Origin: Glaucostegus cemiculus | Taxonomy: Eukaryota | Length of the DNA stretch: 64,000 nucleotides | Reading direction: 5' to 3' | Assembly (NCBI GenBank): GCA_976551045.1 | Contig: CDPCPM010000017.1 | Coordinates: 6,200,001-6,264,000, forward strand | In this document: positions 42,901 to 57,900 of the stretch, in pieces | Position numbering within the stretch: position 1 is the stretch's first letter | Layout of the letters: each line of letters opens with the position of its first letter | The notes under the pieces: generated by a model | What the model saw: only the letters and a program-made list of their open reading frames with translations | The model's database searches: none | What the model was told of the DNA's origin: nothing | Position numbers and translations under genes: made by a program

Positions 42901-45900
42901 AAATCCTACTTTTCAGGAGGTTGCCATTTGCTTTCCGAAAGTGTCTTTTCTCATTCACACAATGGGAATAAATATCACTGCAGTTTTGGACAAAGATATT
43001 CTGATAAAGATCATCATCTCAAGCATCACATGCCTCCTAAAAGAGGTGTGCATTTGATCAAGAGATTGTCAGTATGAATGACCAACCAGATGTCATGTAA
43101 AATTCCTCCATGTACTCAAATCAGGAAAGCATCATCAAGGTTTGACGATTTTAGCACAGTCCACTTTATAATCGCTAACTCTTCGTGGATTGATGCGCTT
43201 ATGCAATGCAAGTCGTCTTCAGTGAGTGAAAATGCATTTATTCTTTCACCAGAAACAACACCATCTACATCAACAACTCCCACAAGTGTGTCCACCACCA
43301 GTTCTACAAAAGGTCAGTCACGTTCCTTTCAATACACATTGAAACACCGTAAGGAAAAGAGTGGATCTTTCCAACATCACTTGCATGGCTTCATTTCTCC
43401 AGCACCTTTGCATGATTTATGAACGTATATGCTGTATGTTAATGAAACGTACGTCGATATCGATCACATATTGATTCAAAGTTAGTCGACCAATTTACCA
43501 ATAGAATCTTCACAATGCTTAGGAAATCAGGAGGACCTGGCATGGTGTCTTCTGCTTCCCACTATCTTCCATACATTCAGCTGGAACGGGCAAAACTTGG
43601 CTGCTGTACCTGATTATCACATTCCTTTCTTTTATTAGGAACAGCACCAACGACATCAGCAACTGTGACCACAACCAGTACCACATCAGGTCAGTAAGAC
43701 CATCTTTCAAAATAGTTAGCATTTCCTTCACCACCTCTGGGCTCGGTTAATTGATGTTCCATTAACTCTAGCGTCACTAACATTCCACCATAGTTTTGCG
43801 GAAAGAAATAACAAATTCTCACCTTGAAGATGTGGGGTACAACCCAGGAATGAAGTAGGGGCCTCGTGCTAATGACTCCCCTCAGTACTTCCAAGAAGAG
43901 CAATGAGCTTGGCACATATCAATCCACGTTGATTGGTAGTTTCGGCACCAAGAAACCAAAACCTTGCCAGAAAAGCCCCTTCTCTACCTCATACAGACAC
44001 AACCTCAGGAAATTTGGTAATAGCTAGATGATTGAATATAGTCCATTGTCAGCTAAGTACTGCAGAGTCGAGGAATGATGAGATTCTGGATAGATTGCTG
44101 GATGTGCCGCACCTCGATCTTCTCAAACTCTGTCAGTGAAGCAGTTCAACAGAACTCTTCCCAAAGTCAGCTTCTCACTTTCATACTTCTGTCCATGTAA
44201 CAAGAATCAACTCAGATTCACATAAAAGTTTTCTGAAAATATTTATAATCTCATGGATCACAAGCATACTAAGAACTGTGCATGAGATCAAGATTTTGTC
44301 ATTATCTCCGACGATACAGAGATCAATTTGTGTCTGAACATCATCAGCTCCGCCGTCGTGAAGATGATTTGAAAATTTCAAGCCAGTCTGAACAATATAT
44401 GCTGAATCATATCAAATCTGACCGCCTGCTCTTGCAATTTAAGTTTGTAGTACCAGTTGTAACACACTTGTACTTTTTCTCCAGGAACAACACCATCAGT
44501 AACTGGCACAACTGAATCCACCAGCAGTTCCACAGCAGGTAAGTGAGAGTCCTTACAGCAAACACTGGCAAACTTTAAACCAAAGTGCAGCCTCTTCTAA
44601 CACTTCTCACTGCTATTAGCATTTGTTACTTTTTTAACCTTCATGCTGTAAAAATATCTCCGTAAATCTGTCACATTAGGAGCAAAACAATTAGATAGTT
44701 ATAGAATCTTGAAAAAGCTAAGGAAATGTGAAGGAATTCAGTTGGTGTCTTCTGCTTCTCACCGCCTTTAATGCTTTCTGCTGCAAGAAGAAAAATCCAG
44801 CGGCCGTCGTTGAGTCTAATATTCTTTTCTTTTATTTCAAATATCAGAAACAGCAGCAGCAACCGAGACAACTACCACTACTACAACCACAACCATAACA
44901 GGTGAGTAACAATATCATTCAAAAATGTCACCATGACCTTCAGCAGCTCTGTGGCCTTCCAACTCCAGCTCTTTCTGTTCTGCCATCAGGAAATTCACCC
45001 AAGTGTCCACGACACTCAACACTACATTGATTCATACCTTTGCTCAAAAAATTACCATGACCTCCCGCTCAATTAATCAAATAACTTATGAACTCAGGAG
45101 GGAACTTGTGGTTCTGACAGCCCTTCATATTTTCAAAAGGCACAGGGAGCTTGGCATCTTCCATTGGACGTGGATGTCAATCTTCTGCAGCAGAGCCTGT
45201 TCACAAAAAAGGCTCTTCTCGTAAAAGAGAGATTCCATTTCATGTACGCAGTGCTTTAGCTTTGGCACCTCAACTCTGTGAAACTCCAACTTTTCAGGAG
45301 GTTGCCATTTGCTTCCCGAAAGTGCCTTTACTCATTCACACAACTGGAATAAATATCACTGCAGTTTTGGACAAAGATATTCTGATAAAGATCATCATCT
45401 CAAGGAACATAAGCTTCCTAAAAGAGGTGTGGATTTCATCAAGAGATTGTCAGTATGAATGACCAAGCAGATGTCATGTAAAATGCCTCCATGTACTCAA
45501 ATCAGGAAAGCATCATCAAGGTTTGACGACTTTAGCACAGTCCTCTTTATTATTGCTAACTCGACCTGGATTGTTGTGCTTATGAAATGCAAGTCGTCTT
45601 CAGTGAGTGAAAATGCATTTATTCTTTCACCAGAAACAACACCATCCACATCAACAACTCCCACAAGTGTGTCCACCACTGGTTCTACAACAGGTCAGTC
45701 ACGTTCCTTTCAATACACATTGAAACACCTTAAGGAAAAGAGTGGATCTTTCTAACATCACTTGCGTGGCTTCATTTCTCCAGCACTTTTGCATGACTTA
45801 TGAACGTATATGCTGAATGTTAATTAAACGTACATCTATATCGATCACATAGTGGTTCAAAGTTAGTCGACCAACTTACCAATAGAATCTTCAAAATGCT

Positions 45901-48900
45901 TAGGAAATCAGGAGGACCTGGGATGGTGTCATCTGCTTCCCACTGTCTTCCATACATTCAGCTGGAACGGGCAAAACTTGGCTGCTGTATCTGATTATCA
46001 CATTCCTTTCTTTTATTAGGAACAGCACCAACGACATCAGCAACTGTGACCACAACCAGTACCACAACAGGTCAGTAAGACCATCTTTCACAATCGTTAG
46101 CATTTCCTTCAGCACCTCTGGGCTCTGTTAAATTAAGTTCCATTAACTTGAGCATCAGTAACATTCCTACATAGTTTTGCTGAAAGAAATTAGAAATCCT
46201 CACTGGGACATAGCCCAGGAATGAAGCAGGGCCCTCGTGCTACTGACTCCCCTCAGTACTTCCAAAAAGAGCAATGAGCTTGGCACATATCAATCCACAT
46301 TGATTGGTAGTTTCGGCACCAAGACACCAAAACCTTGTCAGAAAAGCCCCTTCTCTACCTCATACAGACACAACCTCAGGATATTTGGTAAAAGCTAGAT
46401 GATTGAGTTTAGTCCATTGTCAGCTAAGTACTGCAGAGTAAAGGAATGATGAGATTCTGGATAGATTGCTGGATGTGCCGCACCTCGATCTTCTCAAACT
46501 CTGTCAGTGAAGGAGTTCAACAGAACTCATCCCAAAGTTAGCTTCTCACTTTCATACTTCTGTGCATGTAACAAGAATCAATTCAGATTCACATAAAGGT
46601 ATTCTGAAAATATTTATAATCTCATTGTTCACAAGCTTACTAAGTAGTGTGAATGAGATCAAGAGTTTGACATTATCTCTGACGAAACAGAAATCAATTT
46701 GTGTCTGAACATCATCAGGTCTGCCGTCGTGAAGATGATTTGAAAAATTCAAGCCAGTCTGAACAATATATGCTGAATCATATCAAATCTGACCGCCTGC
46801 TCTTGCAATTTAAGTTTGTAGTACCAGTTGTAACACACTTGTACTTTTTCTCCAGGAACAACACCATCAGTAACTGGCACAACTGAATCCACCAGCAGTT
46901 CCACAGCAGGTAAGTGAGAGTCCTTACAGCAAACATTGGAAAACTTTAAAACAAAGCGCAGCCTCCTCTGACACTTCTCACTGCTATTAGCATTTGTTAC
47001 TTTTTTAACCTTCATGCTGGAAACATATCTCCGTAAATGTGTCACATTAGTAGCGAAACAATTAGATAGTTATTATAGAATCTTTAAAAAGCTAAGGAAA
47101 TGTCAAGGAATTCAGTTGGTGTCTTCTGCTTCTCCCTGCCTTAAATACTATAAGGTGAGAGAAGGAAAATCTAGCTGGCGTGGTTGAGTCTAATATTCTT
47201 TTCTTGTATTTCAAAAATCAGAAACAACATCAACAACCGAGACCACTACCAGTACAACAACCACAACCACAACAGGTGAGTAACAATATCTTTCAAAAAC
47301 GACAGCATGACCTTCAGCAACTCTGTGGCCTATCAACTCCAGATCTATCTGTTCTACAATCAGGAAAATTCACCCGTATCCGCGACACTCAACATTAAAT
47401 TGATTCATAGCTTTGCTCAAAAAATCACAATGACCTACCGCTCAAGTATTCGAATAACTTCTGAATTCAGGAGGGAACTTGCGGTTCTGACTACCGTCAT
47501 AGTTTCAAAAGGCGCAGGGAGCTTGGCATCTTCCATTGGACGTGGATGTCAATCTTCCGGCAGCAGAGCCTTATCACAAAAAGGGCTCTTCTCATAAAAG
47601 AGTGATTCAATTTCATGTACACAGTGCTTTAGCTTTGGCACCTCAACTCGGCGGAAATCCAACTTTTCAGGAGTTTGCCATTTGCTTTCCGAAAGTGTCT
47701 TTTCTCATGCACACAATGGGAATAAATATCACTGCAGTTTTGGACAAAGATATTCTAAAAAAGATCATCATCTCAAGCATCACATGCCTCCTAAAAGAGG
47801 TGTGCATTTGATCAAGAGATTGTCAGTATGAATGACCAGCCAGATGTCATGTAAAATTCCTCCATGTACTCAAATCAGGAAAGCATCATCAAGGTTTGAC
47901 GATTTTAGCACAGTCCACTTTATAATCGCTAACTCTTCGTGGATTGATGCGCTTATGCAATGCAAGTCGTCTTCAGTGAGTGAAAATGCATTTATTCTTT
48001 CACCAGAAACAACACCATCTACATCAACAACTCCCACAAGTGTGTCCACCACCAGTTCTACAACAGGTCAGTCACATTCCTTTCAATACACATTGAAACA
48101 CCGTAAGGAAAAGAGTGGATCTTTCTAACATCACTTGCATGGCTTCATTTCTCTAGCACCTTTGCATGATTTATGAACGTATATGCTGTATGTTAATGAA
48201 ACGTACGTCGATATCGATCACATATTGATTCAAAGTTAGTCGACCAACTTACCAATAGAATCTTCACAATGCTTAGGAAATCAGGAGGACCTGGCATGGT
48301 GTCTTCTGCTTCCCACTATCTTCCATACATTCAGCTGGAACGGGCAAAACTTGGCTGCTGTACCTGATTATCACATTCCTTTCTTTTATTAGGAACAGCA
48401 CCAACGACATCAGCAACTGTGACCACAACCAGTACCACATCAGGTCAGTAAGACCATCTTTCAAAATCGTTAGCATTTCCTTCACCACCACTGGGCTCGG
48501 TTAATTGATGTTCCATTAACTCTAGCGTCACTAACATTCCACCATAGTTTTGCGGAAAGAAATAACAAATTCTCACCTTGAAGATGTGGGGTACAACCCA
48601 GGAATGAAGTAGGGGCCTCGTGCTAATGACTCCCCTCAGTACTTCCAAGAAGAGCAATGAGCTTGGCACATATGAATCCACGTTGATTGGTAGTTTCGGC
48701 ACCAAGAAACCAAAACCTTGCCAGAAAAGCCCCTTCTCTACCTCATACAGACACAACCTCAGGATATTTGGTAATAGCTAGATGATTGAGTTTAGTCCAT
48801 TGTCAGCTAAGTACTGCAGAGTAAAGGAATGATGAGATTCTGGATAGATTGCTGGATGTGCCGCACCTCGATCTTCTCAAACTCTGTCAGTGAAGGAGTT

Positions 48901-51900
48901 CAACAGAACTCAACCCAAAGTTGGCTTCTCACTTTCATACTTCTGTGCATGTAACAAGAATCAATTCAGATTCACATAAAGGTATTCTGAAAATATTTAT
49001 AATCTCATTGTGCACAAGCTTACTAAGTAGTGTGAATGAAATCAAGATTTTGACATTATCTCTGACGAAACAGAAATCAATTTGTGTCTGAACATCATCA
49101 GCTCCGCCGTCATGAAGACGATTTGAAAAATTCAAGCCAGTCTGAACAATATATGCTGAATCATATCAAATCTGACCGCCTGCTCTTGCAATTTAAGTTT
49201 GTAGTACCAGTTGTAACACACTTGTACTTTTTCTCCAGGAACAACACCATCAGTAACTGGCACAACTGAATCCACCAGCAGTTCCACAGCAGGTAAGTGA
49301 GAGTCCTTACAGCAAACATTGGAAAACTTTAAAACAAAGCGCAGCCTCCTCTGACACTTCTCACTGCTATTAGCATTTGTTACTTTTTTAACCTTCATGC
49401 TGGAAACATATCTCCGTAAATGTGTCACATTAGTAGCGAAACAATTAGATAGTTATTATAGAATCTTTAAAAAGCTAAGGAAATGTCAAGGAATTCAGTT
49501 GGTGTCTTCTGCTTCTCCCTGCCTTAAATACTATAAGGTGAGAGAAGGAAAATCTAGCTGGCGTGGTTGAGTCTAATATTCTTTTCTTGTATTTCAAAAA
49601 TGAGAAACAACATTAACAACCGAGACCACTACCAGTACAACAACCACAACCACAACAGGTGAGTAACAATATCTTTTAAAAACGACAGCATGACCTTCTG
49701 CAACTCTGTGCCTATCAACTCCAGATCTATCTGTTCTACAATCAGGAAAATTCACCCGTATCCACGACACTCAACATTAAATTGATTCCTAGCTTTGCTG
49801 AAAAAATCACAATGACCTACCGCTCAAGTATTCGAATAACTTCTGAATTCAGGAGGGAACTTGCGGTTCTGACTACCTTCATAGTTTCAAAAGGCGCAGG
49901 GAGCTTGGCATCTACCATTGGACGTGGATGTCAATCTTCCGGCAGCAGAGCCTTTTCACAAAAAGGGCTCTTCTCATAAAAGAGTGATTCAATTTCATGT
50001 ACGCAGTGCTTTAGCTTTGGCACCTCAACTCTGCGGAAATCCAACTTTTCAGGAGGTTGCCATTTGCTTTCCGAAAGTGTCTTTTCTCATTCACACAATG
50101 GGAATAAATATCACTGCAGTTTTGGACAAAGATATTCTGATAAAGATCATCATCTCAAGCATCACATGCCTCCTAAAAGAGGTGTGCATTTGATCAAGAG
50201 ATTGTCAGTATGAATGACCAACCAGATCTCATGTAAAATTCCTCCATGTACTCAAATCAGGAAAGCATCATCAAGGTTTGACGATTTTAGCACAGTCCAC
50301 TTTATAATCGCTAACTCTTCGTGGATTGATGCGCTTATGCAATGCAAGTCGTCTTCAGTGAGTGAAAATGCATTTATTCTTTCACCAGAAACAACACCAT
50401 CTACATCAACAACTCCCACAAGTGTGCCCACCACCAGTTCTACAACAGGTCAGTCACATTCCTTTCAATACACATTGAAACACCGTAAGGAAAAGAGTGG
50501 ATCTTTCTAACATCACTTGCATGGCTTCATTTCTCCAGCACCTTTGCATGATTTATGAACGTATATGCTGTATGTTAATGAAACGTACGTCGATATCGAT
50601 CACATATTGGTTCAAAGTTAGTCGACCAACTTACCAATAGAATCTTCACAATGCTTAGGAAATCAGGAGGACCTGGCATGGTGTCTTCTGCTTCCCACTA
50701 TCTTCCATACATTCAGCTGGAACGGGCAAAACTTGGCTGCTGTACCTGATTATCACATTCCTTTCTTTTATTAGGAACAGCACCAACGACATCAGCAACT
50801 GTGACCACAACCAGTACCACATCAGGTCAGTAAGACCATCTTTCAAAACCGTTAGCATTTCCTTCACCACCTCTGGGCTCGGTTAATTGATGTTCCATTA
50901 ACTCTAGCGTCACTAACATTCCACCATAGTTTTGCGGAAAGAAATAACAAATTCTCACCTTGAAGATGTGGGGTACAACCCAGGAATGAAGTAGGGGCCT
51001 CGTGCTAATGACTCCCCTCAGTACTTCCAAGAAGAGCAATGAGCTTGGCACATATCAATCCACGTTGATTGGTAGTTTCGGCACCAAGAAACCAAAACCT
51101 TGCCAGAAAAGCCCCTTCTCTACCTCATACAGACACAACCTCAGGATATTTGGTAATAGCTAGATGATTGAATATAGTCCATTGTCAGCTAAGTACTGCA
51201 GAGTCGAGGAATGATGAGATTCTGGATACATTGCTGGATGTGCCGCACCTCGATCTTCTCAAACTCTGTCAGTGAAGCAGTTCAACAGAACTCTTCCCAA
51301 AGTCAGCTTCTCACTTTCATACTTCTGTCCATGTAACAAGAATCAACTCAGATTCACATAAAAGTTTTCTGAAAATATTTATAATCTCATGGATCACAAG
51401 CATACTAAGAACTGTGCATGAGATCAAGATTTTGTCATTATCTCCGACGATACAGAGATCAATTTGTGTCTGAACATCATCAGCTCCGCCGTCGTGAAGA
51501 TGATTTGAAAAATTCAAGCCAGTCTGAACAATATATGCTGAATCATATCAAATCTGACCACCTGCTCTTGCAATTTAAGTTTGTAGTACCAGTTGTAACA
51601 CACTTGTACTTTTTCTCCAGGAACAACACCATCAGTAACTGGCACAACTGAATCCACCAGCAGTTCCACAGCAGGTAAGTGAGAGTCCTTACAGCAAACA
51701 CTGGCAAACTTTAAACCAAAGTGCAGCCTCTTCTAACACTTCTCACTGCTATTACCATTTGTTACTTTTTTAACCTTCATGCTGTACAAATATCTCCGTA
51801 AATCTGTCACATTAGGAGCAAAACAATTAGATAGTTATAGAATCTTGAAAAAGCTAAGGAAATGTGAAGGAATTCAGTTGGTGTCTTCTGCTTCTCACCG

Positions 51901-54900
51901 CCTTTAATGCTTTCTGCTGCAAGAAGAAAAATCCAGCGGCCGTCGTTGAGTCTAATATTCTTTTCTTTTATTTCAAAAATCAGAAACAACAGCAGCAACC
52001 GAGACCACTACCACTACTACAACCACAACCATAACAGGTGAGTAACAATATCATTCAAAAATGTCACCATGACCTTCAGCAACTCTGTGGCCTTCCAACT
52101 CCAGCTCTTTCTGTTCTGCCATCAGGAAATTCACCCAAGTGTCCACGACACTCAACACTACATTGATTCATACCTTTGCTCAAAAAATTACCATGACCTC
52201 CCGCTCAATTAATCAAATAACTTATGAACTCAGGAGGGAACTTGTGGTTCTGACAGCCCTTCATATTTTCAAAAGGCACAGGGAGCTTGGCATCTTCCAT
52301 TGGACGTGGATGTCAATCTTCTGCAGCAGAGCCTTTTCACAAAAAAGGCTCTTCTCGTAAAAGAGAGATTCCATTTCATGTACGCAGTGCTTTAGCTTTG
52401 GCACCTCAACTCTGTGAAACTCCAACTTTTCAGGAGGTTGCCATTTGCTTCCCGAAAGTGTCTTTACTCATTCACACAACTGGAATAAATATCACTGCAG
52501 TTTTGGACAAAGATATTCTGATAAAGATCATCATCTCAAGGAACACAAGCTTCCTAAAAGAGGTGTGGATTTCATCAAGAGATTGTCAGTATGAATGACC
52601 AAGCAGATGTCATGTAAAATGCCTCCATGTACTCAAATCAGGAAAGCATCATCAAGGTTTGACGACTATACCACAGTCCTCTTTATTATTGCTAACTCGT
52701 CCTGGATTGTTGTGCTTATGCAATGCAAGTCGTCTTCAGTGAGTGAAAATGCATTTATTCTTTCACCAGAAACAACACCATCCACATCAACAACTCCCAC
52801 AAGTGTGTCCACCACCGGTTCTACAACAGGTCAGTCACGATCCTTTCAATACACATTGAAACACCTTAAGGAAAAGAGTGGATCTTTCTAACATCACTTG
52901 CGTGGCTTCATTTCCCCAGCACTTTTGCATGACTTATGAACGTATATGCTGAATGTTAATTAAACGTACATCTATATCGATCACATAATGGTTCAAAGTT
53001 AGTCGACCAACTTACCAATAGAATCTTCAAAATGCTTAGGAAATCAGGAGGACCTGGGATGGTGTCTTCTGCTTCCCACTGTCTTCCATACATTCAGCTG
53101 GAACGGGCAAAACTTGGCTGCTGTATCTGATTATCACATTCCTTTCTTTTATTAGGAACAGCACCAACGACATCAGCAACTGTGACCACAACCAGTACCA
53201 CAACAGGTCAGTAAGACCATCTTTCACAATCGTTAGCATTTCCTTCAGCACCTCTGGGCTCTGTTAAATTAAGTTCCATTAACTTGAGCATCAGTAACAT
53301 TCCTACATAGTTTTGCTGAAAGAAATTAGAAATCCTCACTGGGACATAGCCCAGGAATGAAGCAGGGGCCTCGTGCTACTGACTCCCCTCAGTACTTCCA
53401 AAAAGAGCAATGAGCTTGGCACATATCAATCCACATTGATTGGTAGTTTCGGCACCAAGACACCAAAACCTTGTCAGAAAAGCCCCTTCTCTACCTCATA
53501 CAGACACAACCTCAGGATATTTGGTAATAGCTAGATGATTGAGTTTAGTCCATTGTCAGCTAAGTACTGCAGAGTAAAGGAATGATGAGATTCTGGATAG
53601 ATTGCTGGATGTGCCGCACCTCGATCTTCTCAAACTCTGTCAGTGAAGGAGTTCAACAGAACTCATCCCAAAGTTAGCTTCTCACTTTCATACTTCTGTG
53701 CATGTAACAAGAATCAATTCAGATTCACATAAAGGTATTCTGAAAATATTTATAATCTCATTGTTCACAAGCTTACTAAGTAGTGTGAATGAGATCAAGA
53801 GTTTGACATTATCTCTGACGAAACAGAAATCAATTTGTGTCTGAACATCATCAGGTCTGCCGTCGTGAAGATGATTTGAAAAATTCAAGCCAGTCTGAAC
53901 AATATATGCTGAATCATATCAAATCTGACCGCCTGCTCTTGCAATTTAAGTTTGTAGTACCAGTTGTAACACACTTGTACTTTTTCTCCAGGAACAACAC
54001 CATCAGTAACTGGCACAACTGAATCCACCAGCAGTTCCACAGCAGGTAAGTGAGAGTCCTTACAGCAAACATTGGAAAACTTTAAAACAAAGCGCAGCCT
54101 CCTCTGACACTTCTCACTGCTATTAGCATTTGTTACTTTTTTAACCTTCATGCTGGAAACATATCTCCGTAAATGTGTCACATTAGTAGCGAAACAATTA
54201 GATAGTTATTATAGAATCTTTAAAAAGCTAAGGAAATGTCAAGGAATTCAGTTGGTGTCTTCTGCTTCTCCCTGCCTTAAATACTATAAGGTGAGAGAAG
54301 GAAAATCTAGCTGGCGTGGTTGAGTCTAATATTCTTTTCTTGTATTTCAAAAATCAGAAACAACATCAACAACCGAGACCACTACCAGTACAACAACCAC
54401 AACCACAACAGGTGAGTAACAATATCTTTCAAAAACGACAGCATGACCTTCAGCAACTCTGTGGCCTATCAACTCCAGATCTATCTGTTCTACAATCAGG
54501 AAAATTCACCCGTATCCGCGACACTCAACATTAAATTGATTCATAGCTTTGCTCAAAAAATCACAATGACCTACCGCTCAAGTATTCGAATAACTTCTGA
54601 ATTCAGGAGGGAACTTGCGGTTCTGACTACCTTCATAGTTTCAAAAGGCGCAGGGAGCTTGGCATCTTCCATTGGACGTGGATGTCAATCTTCCGGCAGC
54701 AGAGCCTTATCACAAAAAGGGCTCTTCTCATAAAAGAGTGATTCAATTTCATGTACACAGTGCTTTAGCTTTGGCACCTCAACTCTGCGGAAATCCAACT
54801 TTTCAGGAGGTTGCCATTTGCTTTCCGAAAGTGTCTTTTCTCATGCACACAATGGGAATAAATATCACTGCAGTTTTGGACAAAGATATTCTAAAAAAGA

Positions 54901-57900
54901 TCATCATCTCAAGCATCACATGCCTCCTAAAAGAGGTGTGCATTTGATCAAGAGATTGTCAGTATGAATGACCAGCCAGATGTCATGTAAAATTCCTCCA
55001 TGTACTCAAATCAGGAAAGCATCATCAAGGTTTGACGATTTTAGCACAGTCCACTTTATAATCGCTAACTCTTCGTGGATTGATGTGCTTATGCAATGCA
55101 AGTCGTCTTCAGTGAGTGAAAATGCATTTATTCTTTCACCAGAAACAACACCATCTACATCAACAACTCCCACAAGTGTGTCCACCACCAGTTCTACAAC
55201 AGGTCAGTCACATTCCTTTCAATACACATTGAAACACCGTAAGGAAAAGAGTGGATCTTTCTAACATCACTTGCATGGCTTCATTTCTCCAGCACCTTTG
55301 CATGATTTATGAACGTATATGCTGTATGTTAATGAAACGTACGTCGATATCGATCACATATTGATTCAAAGTTAGTCGACCAACTTACCAATAGAATCTT
55401 CACAATGCTTAGGAAATCAGGAGGACCTGGCATGGTGTCTTCTGCTTCCCACTATCTTCCATACATTCAGCTGGAACGGGCAAAACTTGGCTGCTGTACC
55501 TGATTATCACATTCCTTTCTTTTATTAGGAACAGCACCAACGACATCAGCAACTGTGACCACAACCAGTACCACATCAGGTCAGTAAGACCATCTTTCAA
55601 AATCGTTAGCATTTCCTTCACCACCACTGGGCTCGGTTAATTGATGTTCCATTAACTCTAGCGTCACTAACATTCCACCATAGTTTTGCGGAAAGAAATA
55701 ACAAATTCTCACCTTGAAGATGTGGGGTACAACCCAGGAATGAAGTAGGGGCCTCGTGCTAATGACTCCCCTCAGTACTTCCAAGAAGAGCAATGAGCTT
55801 GGCACATATGAATCCACGTTGATTGGTAGTTTCGGCACCAAGAAACCAAAACCTTGCCAGAAAAGCCCCTTCTCTACCTCATACAGACACAACCTCAGGA
55901 TATTTGGTAATAGCTAGATGATTGAGTTTAGTCCATTGTCAGCTAAGTACTGCAGAGTAAGGAATGATGAGATTCTGGATAGATTGCTGGATGTGCCGCA
56001 CCTCGATCTTCTCAAACTCTGTCAGTGAAGGAGTTCAACAGAACTCAACCCAAAGTTGGCTTCTCACTTTCATACTTCTGTGCATGTAACAAGAATCAAT
56101 TCAGATTCACATAAAGGTATTCTGAAAATATTTATAATCTCATTGTTCACAAGCTTACTAAGTAGTGTGAATGAAATCAAGATTTTGACATTATCTCTGA
56201 CGAAACAGAAATCAATTTGTGTCTGAACATCATCAGCTCCGCCGTCATGAAGACGATTTGAAAAATTCAAGCCAGTCTGAACAATATATGCTGAATCATA
56301 TCAAATCTGACCGCCTGCTCTTGCAATTTAAGTTTGTAGTACCAGTTGTAACACACTTGTACTTTTTCTCCAGGAACAACACCATCAGTAACTGGCACAA
56401 CTGAATCCACCAGCAGTTCCACAGCAGGTAAGTGAGAGTCCTTACAGCAAACATTGGAAAACTTTAAAACAAAGCGCAGCCTCCTCTGACACTTCTCACT
56501 GCTATTAGCATTTGTTACTTTTTTAACCTTCATGCTGGAAACATATCTCCGTAAATGTGTCACATTAGTAGCGAAACAATTAGATAGTTATTATAGAATC
56601 TTTAAAAAGCTAAGGAAATGTCAAGGAATTCAGTTGGTGTCTTCTGCTTCTCCCTGCCTTAAATACTATAAGGTGAGAGAAGGAAAATCTAGCTGGCGTG
56701 GTTGAGTCTAATATTCTTTTCTTGTATTTCAAAAATCAGAAACAACATTAACAACCGAGACCACTACCAGTACAACAACCACAACCACAACAGGTGAGTA
56801 ACAATATCTTTCAAAAACGACAGCATGACCTTCTGCAACTCTGTGCCTATCAACTCCAGATCTATCTGTTCTACAATCAGGAAAATTCACCCGTATCCAC
56901 GACACTCAACATTAAATTGATTCCTAGCTTTGCTGAAAAAATCACAATGACCTACCGCTCAAGTATTCGAATAACTTCTGAATTCAGGAGGGAACTTGCG
57001 GTTCTGACTACCTTCATAGTTTCAAAAGGCGCAGGGAGCTTGGCATCTACCATTGGACGTGGATGTCAATCTTCCGGCAGCAGAGCCTTTTCACAAAAAG
57101 GGCTCTTCTCATAAAAGAGTGATTCAATTTCATGTACGCAGTGCTTTAGCTTTGGCACCTCAACTCTGCGGAAATCCAACTTTTCAGGAGGTTGCCATTT
57201 GCTTTCCGAAAGTGTCTTTTCTCATTCACACAATGGGAATAAATATCACTGCAGTTTTGGACAAAGATATTCTGATAAAGATCATCATCTCAAGCATCAC
57301 ATGCCTCCTAAAAGAGGTGTGCATTTGATCAAGAGATTGTCAGTATGAATGACCAACCAGATCTCATGTAAAATTCCTCCATGTACTCAAATCAGGAAAG
57401 CATCATCAAGGTTTGACGATTTTAGCACAGTCCACTTTATAATCGCTAACTCTTCGTGGATTGATGCGCTTATGCAATGCAAGTCGTCTTCAGTGAGTGA
57501 AAATGCATTTATTCTTTCACCAGAAACAACACCATCTACATCAACAACTCCCACAAGTGTGCCCACCACCAGTTCTACAACAGGTCAGTCACATTCCTTT
57601 CAATACACATTGAAACACCGTAAGGAAAAGAGTGGATCTTTCTAACATCACTTGCATGGCTTCATTTCTCCAGCACCTTTGCATGATTTATGAACGTATA
57701 TGCTGTATGTTAATGAAACGTACGTCGATATCGATCACATATTGGTTCAAAGTTAGTCGACCAACTTACCAATAGAATCTTCACAATGCTTAGGAAATCA
57801 GGAGGACCTGGCATGGTGTCTTCTGCTTCCCACTATCTTCCATACATTCAGCTGGAACGGGCAAAACTTGGCTGCTGTACCTGATTATCACATTCCTTTC

